Below, piece by piece: positions 57,059-64,000 of a DNA stretch of 64,000 nt. The notes beneath the pieces were generated by a model that searched no databases, had not been told where the DNA came from, and saw only the letters and a list, made by a program, of their open reading frames with translations. Origin of the DNA: Candidatus Sericytochromatia bacterium (GTDB taxonomy: Bacteria; Cyanobacteriota; Sericytochromatia; S15B-MN24; UBA4093); contig JAKFBU010000014.1 of the NCBI GenBank assembly GCA_036676985.1, positions 1 to 64,000 on the forward strand, in the 5' to 3' direction. How positions within the stretch are numbered: the stretch's first letter is position 1; every line of letters begins with the position of its first letter. The position numbers and the translations under genes are program-made.

Positions 57059-58380
57059 TCCCGGACATCCCCCTCGAGGCCCAGGAGACCCTCGCGCCGG
57101 ACGCCCTGGCGGAGCTGCAACGTTCCAAGCTCCAGCACCTCTTGCGCCTGGCCAAGGAGCGATCGCCCTTCTACGCCCGCCACCTGGCGGGCCTGGACCT
57201 CGACGGCGCCTGGTCGTTCGATGCCGTCGCCCCGCTCACCAAGGACCTCCTCGTCTCGCACTCGCCGCCCGAGAGTACCGAGCTGCTCACGGGCGAGCTG
57301 GCGGCCGCCTACGTCTTTCGGAGCGGCGGCACGACGGGTAGCCCCAAGTTCAGCCCCTTCAGCTACGACGAGTTCCGCCGCATCACGGGCATGTTCCTGC
57401 GGACCTACGGCGCGGCGGGCCTCCGGTCCACCGACCGCGTGGCCAACCTGTTCGCGGCGGGCAGCCTCTATGCCTCCTTCGTGTTCATCAACCGCCTGCT
57501 CGAGGAGATGGGCTGCGTGAGCTTCCCGTTCACGGGCAACGCACCGGCCGAGGTGGTGGGGCGCCACATGGAGCTCTTCCCCATCAACACGCTCATCGGC
57601 TTCCCGACGTGGCTCCTGGAGGTGGTGCAGCGCCTCTCGCCAGAGGCGCAGGCCAAGATCGAGAAGATCTTCTATGCCGGCGAGCACCTGTATCCCGAGG
57701 AGCACGCCTGGCTGCACGAACGCCTGCCCAACCTGAAGGTGCTCGCGTCCGCAGGCTACGGAGCGGTGGACACGGGCATCATGGGCTTCCAGTGCCCGCA
57801 CTCCACGGGTTCGGTCCACCACGTACACGCGGACCACATCCTGTTCGAGATCGTGGACCCCGTTACCCGGCGGCCGGTCGAGGGCGACGCCGAGGGCTCG
57901 ATCCTCATCACGACGCTGGACCGCTACTTGATGCCCATCATCCGCTACGAGATCGGCGATCGCGCCCGCTGGGTCACCGAGCCCTGCGCTTGCGGCCGGA
58001 CGTTACCGCGCTTCGCCCTTTTGGGCCGCAACGACGATCTGCGCATCGGCTACGCCACCGTCGCCTACGACGAGGTCATGCGCGCGGTGGTGGACCACCC
58101 CGAGCTCACGAGCACCGTGCAGATCGTCAAGGAGCGCGAGGACAAGCGCGATCGCCTCATCCTGCAGGCGGAGGTCCGTCCGGGGTTCGAGGGCGATCGC
58201 GAGACCCTCACCACGGCGCTCAAGGCCTCCCTGTTCCGACACAAGCCGGACCTCGCAAAGCTTGTCAGCACCGGTCATGTCCACGACGTGACGGTGGTCG
58301 TGCAGGAGCTCGGCCAGATCCCGCGCATGCCCGTCACGGGCAAGGTGCGGCGTACGGTGGATCGCACCCTCGAAGCCTAA
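57055..58380 (+). CDS. Phenylacetate-CoA ligase-like (PaaK/ANL) protein
   Basis: RSGGTTGSPK, GYGAVD, PIIRYEIGD, LGRND; GTGA overlap. Confidence 0.85.
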   Translation: MIPDIPLEAQETLAPDALAELQRSKLQHLLRLAKERSPFYARHLAGLDLDGAWSFDAVAPLTKDLLVSHSPPESTELLTGELAAAYVFRSGGTTGSPKFSPFSYDEFRRITGMFLRTYGAAGLRSTDRVANLFAAGSLYASFVFINRLLEEMGCVSFPFTGNAPAEVVGRHMELFPINTLIGFPTWLLEVVQRLSPEAQAKIEKIFYAGEHLYPEEHAWLHERLPNLKVLASAGYGAVDTGIMGFQCPHSTGSVHHVHADHILFEIVDPVTRRPVEGDAEGSILITTLDRYLMPIIRYEIGDRARWVTEPCACGRTLPRFALLGRNDDLRIGYATVAYDEVMRAVVDHPELTSTVQIVKEREDKRDRLILQAEVRPGFEGDRETLTTALKASLFRHKPDLAKLVSTGHVHDVTVVVQELGQIPRMPVTGKVRRTVDRTLEA

Positions 58381-58393
58381 GCCAGGAGGACCC

Positions 58394-59527
58394 ATGGCCC
58401 TTTTGACCGCCACCCCCGCGCTCGATCGCTACATGGCCCTGCCGGGCATCTACCGCACCTCGTCCGAGCACGACGCAGCCTTTCTGGCGGCCATGCGCGA
58501 GGCCCTCTCGTGGCACCTCGAGCACCACGCGACCTACCGCGAGCTTTGCCGCCAGGCGGACTTCGGACTGGAGGATCTTCAGACGATCGCCGACGTGCCC
58601 CGGGTGCCCCACGTCTTCGTCAACGTCTTCAAGACCCACGAGCTCCTCTCCATCGACCGCTCGGAGGTGGCCCTGAACCTCACGTCCAGCGGCACCACCG
58701 GCCAGAAGAGCCAGATCTTCTTCGACCGGGCCTCGCTCGCGCGCGGGCTCGCCATGGTGGACCGCGCACACGAGGAAATGGGCCTCTACCGCCCCGATCT
58801 GCCTACCAACTACGTGATCTTCGCCTACGACCCCAACGAGGCCAAGAACGTGGGCACGGCCTACACGGACTCGAACATCACCAAGTTCGCGCCCAAGAAG
58901 CGCTCGTATCACGCGCTGCGCTGGGACGAGGCCGCAGCGGCCTTCACCTTCCGAGAGGCCGAGACCCTGGCCGTCATCCAGTCCTACGCCGAAGAGGGCC
59001 TGCCCGTCCGCTTTCTGGGCTTCCCCGCCTTCCTGCACCGCCTGTTGAGCCGCCTGAAGGCCGAGGGCAAGCGCTACGAGCTGGGTCCCGACTCCTATGT
59101 CATGACGGGCGGCGGCTGGAAGAAGTCCGAGAGCGAGCGCATCGATTTCGAGGACTTCCTGGCCGAGGTGGAGGACGTGCTCGGCATCCCCGGGGGCAAC
59201 GTGCGAGACGGCTACGGCATGGTCGAGCACGGCGTGCCCTATCTCCAGTGCGAGCATCATCGCTTCCACGTGCCGACCTTCGCCCGGGCCTACGCCCGGG
59301 AGGTGGGAACGCTCGAGGTCCTGCCCCCGGGAGAGGTGGGCTTCCTGCACCTGGTGACGCCGTACAACCTGGCCATGCCGGCCCTCAGCCTGCTCACGAG
59401 CGATCTGGCCACCATCGAGACGGACTGCCCCTGTGGGCGCGAGACGCCGACCATCTCCCTGCAGGGCCGGGCCGGGACCCGCAAGAACAAGGGCTGCGCC
59501 ATCTCGGCCGCCCAGCTGCTGAAGTAA
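58394..59527 (+). CDS. LuxE-like acyl-protein synthetase
   Basis: LTSSGTTG, TGGGWK, DGYGMVE, GRAG...KGC. Confidence 0.85.
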   Translation: MALLTATPALDRYMALPGIYRTSSEHDAAFLAAMREALSWHLEHHATYRELCRQADFGLEDLQTIADVPRVPHVFVNVFKTHELLSIDRSEVALNLTSSGTTGQKSQIFFDRASLARGLAMVDRAHEEMGLYRPDLPTNYVIFAYDPNEAKNVGTAYTDSNITKFAPKKRSYHALRWDEAAAAFTFREAETLAVIQSYAEEGLPVRFLGFPAFLHRLLSRLKAEGKRYELGPDSYVMTGGGWKKSESERIDFEDFLAEVEDVLGIPGGNVRDGYGMVEHGVPYLQCEHHRFHVPTFARAYAREVGTLEVLPPGEVGFLHLVTPYNLAMPALSLLTSDLATIETDCPCGRETPTISLQGRAGTRKNKGCAISAAQLLK

Positions 59528-59537
59528 GGATCACGCC

Positions 59538-62207
59538 ATGCGCGAACACTACGTCTTTGGCCGAACCCTCACGGGCGAGTTGACCGACGAGCAGGCGCTC
59601 GACATCCTGCGGGAGGCGCACCGGCGCAAGGAGCGCATCGCCAAGGCCCCGATCGATCGCCTCCTCACCATCCTCGAGCGGGCCTCCAGACTCTGGGCGG
59701 ATCCGGCCTACGAAGGGCGACGCCTGGTCATGGAGCGCATCCCCGCGCAGATCGGCTTTTCGCCCGAGATGGTCGCCGAGGAGCTCAAGGGCCTGGAGAT
59801 GGCCCTTTCGCGCGCCTACCTGGAAAGGAAGCTCTCCGTGGAGCTCGGCTCGCGGGAGGCCCTGGAGATGTGGCAGGGCGGCAACGGGGCGGCCTTCAAG
59901 CGGGCGCTGCCGCGCGGCGTGACCCTTCACGTGTCGAGCGGGAACGTCTTCACGGGCGGCATCCTCAGCATGATCGAGGGTATCCTCACCAAGAACGTGA
60001 ACCTCTTGAAGGCCGCGAGCAAGGCCCCGCTCTTCCCCTTGCTCTTTGCCAAATCGCTCAAGGAGTCGGATCCCGAGGGCCTCATCGCGGACTCCATCGC
60101 CATCCTCTCCTGGTCCGGCGGCAAGAGTCAGTTGCATCGCGTCTTCCAGCAGCATTGCGACGCCATCGTCGTCTGGGGCGGCGAGGAGGTCGTGCGCGAG
60201 TACCGCGAAGGCCTTTCCCTCAAGACGCACCTGGTCGAGTATGGCCCCAAGGTCTCCTTTGCCGCCGTCTCCGCGGAGCGTCTGGACCACCCGGACGTGC
60301 CCGACCAGCTTGCGCGCTCCATCGCCCTGTGGGACCAGAATGCCTGCTCGAGCCCGCAGGTGCTGTACCTGGAGGATGCCTCCGCAGACGGAGCCCCCAC
60401 TGAGCATTTCGTCCGGGCACTCGCCCGGGCGCTCGACGCGGTGCAGGCCGAGCTGCCCCAAGGCCCGCTCGATAGGCAGGAGCGGGCCGAGGTGACCAAG
60501 GAGCGCGAGATGGCGCGCTTCGAGATGGCCATGGGCACCTCCCGCCTCGTGACGCCGGGCCAGGCCCCCTACTGGACGATCGTGGTCGAGCAGGACCCAG
60601 CCTTCAAGCTTTCGCCGCTCTTCCGGACGATCTACGTCAAGCGGGTGATGGACCTCCTGGAGCTGCCCGGTCACCTCGCCGAGTACGCGGATTATCTGCA
60701 GACGGCGGGCGTCTCGGCCCCCCCCGAGCGCCTCTTCCCCCTGGCGCAGCGCCTCTTGGACCAGGGCGTGCTGCGCGTAACACCGCTCGGCGAGATGAGC
60801 GGGGGCACGCCCGGCGAGCCGCACGACGGCCTCATCGCCCTCAACGAGCTCGTGAAGTGGGTCTCTTTGGGCTTCGCGGAGGCCGACAGGCGCTTCGACG
60901 GAGCCGAGTGGCTCACGGCCGATGAGCTTGCGGCCCTCTCGTGGGGCCGCCGCGAGCGGCTCGTCAAGGAGCTCGCGCCGCTGGCGCCCTACCATCGCGA
61001 TCGCCTGAAGGACGTGCACCTGGAATCGCCGGAAGACTGGGATCAGGTGCCCGTCATGGAGCGCGAGGACGTAGCGAAGCACACGCCCCCGCAGGGCACG
61101 GGCCTCTTCACGGGCGATCCCCAGGGCGGCCACTTCCTGCGCAGCGGCGGCTCGACGGCTTCGCCCAAGCTCTCGGTGTTCTCTTACGAGGATTACGAGG
61201 ACGACATGTGGCGCGCGGCGCGCGGGGCCTACGCCGTCGGCCTGCGCCGGGGCGATCGCGTGGCCAACCTCTTCTACTCGGGCGGCCTCTACGGCTCCTT
61301 CCTCTCGGTGAACCGGGCGCTGGAGATCGTGGGCTGCAACAACTTCCCGTTCACGAGTTCGGTGCCCCCCGAGCAGCTGCCGGAGTTCCTGCGGATCTAC
61401 GGTATCGATACCCTGATGGGCCTGCCTTCGTGGCTTCTGCGGGTCTTCGACGCCATCAAGGCCGATCCGTCGGGGATCCGCATCCGCAAGGTCTTCTACA
61501 CCGGAGAGCACCTCTATCCCTCCGAGCAGGAGTACCTCAAGGAGACGTTCGGGGTCGAGGTCATCGCCTCCATCGGCTACGGCACGGTGGACGCGGGCCC
61601 CATCGGCTTCCAGTGCCCGTACAGTCACGGCGGCGTGCACCATGTGCACACCGATCACCAGTTCGTGGAGATCGTCGACCGCCGGACCAAAGAGCGTGCG
61701 GGATCCGGTGGGATCGGCGAGGTGCTCATCACCAACCTCAATCGCCGCCTGATGCCCCTCATCCGCTACAAGATCGGGGACCTGGGCCGCTGGGTCGAGG
61801 GCGACTGCCCGTGCGGCCGCTCCATGCCCCGCTTCGAGCTCCTGGGCCGCAGCGACGACGTCCTCATCGTGGGGGGCCACAATATCCCCTACGCCGAGTT
61901 CCAGCTGGCCGCGAGCGGGATCCCGGGGCTGAGCTCCATGGTCCAGCTGGAGACGGGGGTCGAGGACCATCGCGATCGCCTCACCGTCCGCGCGGAGCTC
62001 GTGGGGGCCAAGGAGGACGCGGATACCGCGGCCCTCGCGCAGGTGCTCAAGGACGGCATCCTCGCCAAGGTCCCCGTGCTCCGGGACGCCTACCAGAAGG
62101 GGGTCCTTGCGAACCTCGATTTCGAGGTCCTGCCGGCGGGCGCCTTGCCGCGCCTGGAGCGGACGGGGAAGGTCCGGCGCATCATCGACACGCGGATCAA
62201 GGTGTAG
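59538..62207 (+). CDS. LuxC-like acyl-CoA reductase fused to a PaaK-like ligase domain
   Basis: PRGVTLHVSSGN, VWGGEE, YGPKVSF, DQNACSSPQ; C-terminal RSGGSTASPK, GYGTVD, PLIRYKIGD. Confidence 0.85.
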   Translation: MREHYVFGRTLTGELTDEQALDILREAHRRKERIAKAPIDRLLTILERASRLWADPAYEGRRLVMERIPAQIGFSPEMVAEELKGLEMALSRAYLERKLSVELGSREALEMWQGGNGAAFKRALPRGVTLHVSSGNVFTGGILSMIEGILTKNVNLLKAASKAPLFPLLFAKSLKESDPEGLIADSIAILSWSGGKSQLHRVFQQHCDAIVVWGGEEVVREYREGLSLKTHLVEYGPKVSFAAVSAERLDHPDVPDQLARSIALWDQNACSSPQVLYLEDASADGAPTEHFVRALARALDAVQAELPQGPLDRQERAEVTKEREMARFEMAMGTSRLVTPGQAPYWTIVVEQDPAFKLSPLFRTIYVKRVMDLLELPGHLAEYADYLQTAGVSAPPERLFPLAQRLLDQGVLRVTPLGEMSGGTPGEPHDGLIALNELVKWVSLGFAEADRRFDGAEWLTADELAALSWGRRERLVKELAPLAPYHRDRLKDVHLESPEDWDQVPVMEREDVAKHTPPQGTGLFTGDPQGGHFLRSGGSTASPKLSVFSYEDYEDDMWRAARGAYAVGLRRGDRVANLFYSGGLYGSFLSVNRALEIVGCNNFPFTSSVPPEQLPEFLRIYGIDTLMGLPSWLLRVFDAIKADPSGIRIRKVFYTGEHLYPSEQEYLKETFGVEVIASIGYGTVDAGPIGFQCPYSHGGVHHVHTDHQFVEIVDRRTKERAGSGGIGEVLITNLNRRLMPLIRYKIGDLGRWVEGDCPCGRSMPRFELLGRSDDVLIVGGHNIPYAEFQLAASGIPGLSSMVQLETGVEDHRDRLTVRAELVGAKEDADTAALAQVLKDGILAKVPVLRDAYQKGVLANLDFEVLPAGALPRLERTGKVRRIIDTRIKV

Positions 62208-62208
62208 C

Positions 62209-63432
62209 GTGGGGGGCTTGAGCCGGGACTTCCGCCTCCTCTGGCTGGGCCAGGCGTCCTCTGTCCTGGGAGACCGGGTGCACCAGCTCGCCGTTCTGTG
62301 GTGGGTGCTCAACCACTCGGGCTCTCCGGCCCTGGTGGGGGCCGTGATGGTCGCGACCAGCCTGCCCATGGTCCTCGTGGGGCCCTTCGCCGGGGCCGTC
62401 GCGGACCGGGTCGACCGGCGGCGGTTGATGCTCGCATGCGACGGCATCCGCCTGGTGCTCGCCGCCGTGATGGCATGGCTCGCGTTCCAGGGGCAGCTCA
62501 CGGTGCCCGTGGTGCTCGTGCTGTCGGTGCTGCTGTCGACCGTGGGTGCCTTGTTCACCCCGGCCTCCATGGCCATGGTGCCCGAGGTGGTTTCCGAGGA
62601 TCAGGTGTTGCGGGCCAACTCGTTACAGGAGCTCACGACCCAGGGGGCCGGAATCCTGGGGCCCGCGCTCGGTGGGGCGCTGGTGGCGGCCATCGGGGCA
62701 CAGGCGGCCTTCGGCTTGAATGCGCTGACGTTTTTGGCGTCGGCGTTGTTGCTCGCGGCCATGCGCTACCGTCCCGGGCCGTCGGCGGCCGCCGGTGAGT
62801 CGTACTGGCAGACGCTTGCGGGTGGTGCGGCCATCCTGAAGGAGCGGCCGGGGATCGCGTCGTTGCTCGGAGGGTTTGCGGTCGCGAACCTCTTTTTGGC
62901 ACCGATTCCCGTCTTGCTGCCGGTCTTCGCCAAGGACGTCTTTCGTTCGGGGGCTTCGGGCCTCGGTGTGCTGGAGGGGGCTCTGGGCGTGGGCATGGTT
63001 TTAGCCGCGCTGCTGCTCGCTCGGCGGGGTGACGTGGAGCGGAAGGTGGCCCTGATTACCGGGTCCTTCGTGCTGCAGGGGGCGATGCTGGTGCTCATGG
63101 CCGTGCGGCCGAACTTTTACGGTTTCGTGGTGGGCCTGGCCGTGCTCGGGGCGGCCTTGAGCGCGTTGAACATCGTGGTGGTGGCGGCTTTTCAGCGTTC
63201 GATACCCGGGGAGCAGTTGGGGCGGTTCATGGGGTTGCTCACGGCGATCGTGCTGGGGGTGATGCCGCTGTCCTTTGCGCTGGTGGGCGTGCTGGCGAGC
63301 CATGTGGCGCCTGAACGGCTGTTTTTGGCGAGCGGTGCGGCGCTCGTGCTAGTGGGGCTGGGGCTGTTCGTCATGCCCGGGGTGCGGGAGCTGGAAGGGG
63401 TTTCGACTGGGGCTGTGGCCCACTCCGAATAA
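62209..63432 (+). CDS. MFS transporter (DHA3/EntS-like exporter)
   Basis: FRLLWLGQ..S.LGD, GAVADRVDRRRLM, ~12 hydrophobic segments. Confidence 0.9.
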   Translation: MGGLSRDFRLLWLGQASSVLGDRVHQLAVLWWVLNHSGSPALVGAVMVATSLPMVLVGPFAGAVADRVDRRRLMLACDGIRLVLAAVMAWLAFQGQLTVPVVLVLSVLLSTVGALFTPASMAMVPEVVSEDQVLRANSLQELTTQGAGILGPALGGALVAAIGAQAAFGLNALTFLASALLLAAMRYRPGPSAAAGESYWQTLAGGAAILKERPGIASLLGGFAVANLFLAPIPVLLPVFAKDVFRSGASGLGVLEGALGVGMVLAALLLARRGDVERKVALITGSFVLQGAMLVLMAVRPNFYGFVVGLAVLGAALSALNIVVVAAFQRSIPGEQLGRFMGLLTAIVLGVMPLSFALVGVLASHVAPERLFLASGAALVLVGLGLFVMPGVRELEGVSTGAVAHSE

Positions 63433-63433
63433 C

Positions 63434-63582
63434 AAGGAGAACCCCCCCTACCCCCCCTCTAGAGGGGGGGAAGCCATCGGGAGTGGTTGTTTCTACCAAG
63501 ATCCTTGGGAGTCACCTGGCTTTCCACCCACCCATGATCCTTACACCCCCCCTCTAGAGGGGGGGCTGGGGGGGTTCTCCTT
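63434..63582. repeat. Inverted pair of C/G-run REP-like elements
   Basis: AAGGAGAA(C)nTA(C)nTCTAGA(G)n ... (C)nTCTAGA(G)nCT(G)nTTCTCCTT. Confidence 0.7.
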
Positions 63583-63596
63583 AGTCCGTAATCTTC

Positions 63597-64000
63597 CTAG
63601 TACAACCCCGCGTTCAGGGTGCCCAGGACGGTCAGGGAGGGGATGCCGTAGATCTGGCCGTTGAGCCGGACCGTCACCATGCCGGTGGTGGCTCCGTTGG
63701 GGACCAGCACGTAGAGAGACTGGCGATCGCCCGAGATGCCCGTCACGGTGCCGCCGGCCCCTCCGTTGAAGGTCACGACGTTGTTGGCGAGCGTCGTATC
63801 GAAGGTGAGGCCCTGCAGGGTGATCGTCTGGTTGACGTTGCAGGAGGTGGGCGTGACGGTCAAGGACGAGCCCGAGACCTTGGGGATGAACCGCTCGGAC
63901 GGACTCGTCTCGTAGGCGATGTTGGCCATGGGGTCGGCGTTGGCGACGAGCAGCGTGACGACGAGCCCCCGGACGTCCGTGAACTCGCTGTTGGTCACGT
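63597..64000 (-). CDS. 3' end of an IPT/TIG-domain protein (runs off the window)
   Basis: ITLQG..F......VTFNG....V..PNGATTG.VTV pattern. Confidence 0.7.
   Translation of the reverse strand, partial: VTNSEFTDVRGLVVTLLVANADPMANIAYETSPSERFIPKVSGSSLTVTPTSCNVNQTITLQGLTFDTTLANNVVTFNGGAGGTVTGISGDRQSLYVLVPNGATTGMVTVRLNGQIYGIPSLTVLGTLNAGLY

Noticed and set aside
58394-62207. Bioluminescence operon
   Set aside because: No luxA, luxB, luxD or luxG in the window.
1980-62576. Long alternative-frame ORFs (e.g. 1980-4193 +, 18955-20877 -, 5' part of 21118-24450, 59394-62576 -)
   Set aside because: Shadow frames of real genes in high-GC DNA; the overlapping frames carry the recognisable motifs.

Overview
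High-GC bacterial window with about 60 genes. The taxon cannot be assigned from sequence alone. The left 16 kb is accessory DNA built around a minus-strand tRNA-Pro(GGG) at 15897-15970. Downstream of it are seven more copies of the tRNA 3' end. Five carry the same downstream double hairpin as the tRNA itself, two are partial, and most have a conserved ~70-bp flank. These copies divide the region into compact 0.6-4.9 kb cargo cassettes (secreted metallopeptidase, ABC-F, arsenic cluster, lipoprotein, P-loop ATPase, peptidases/DoxX, PhnA), and no integrase is present in the window. Beyond the last cassette is a ~630-nt non-coding, GNRA-rich, highly structured segment with its own promoter and terminator, a candidate large ncRNA. 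The remaining 48 kb looks like core chromosome: UvrD helicase, mevalonate operon, a metal ABC uptake operon led by a DUF2946-like double-RAPP leader, LarC, PLD, hppD, infA, RNA-modifying enzymes, a tandem ferritin with an encapsulin-type targeting peptide, a YmfF/H-like M16 pair, several REP-like repeats, and a GNAT/PaaK/LuxE/LuxC-PaaK/MFS cluster lacking luciferase. All calls come from motif recognition by eye; no database searches were run.
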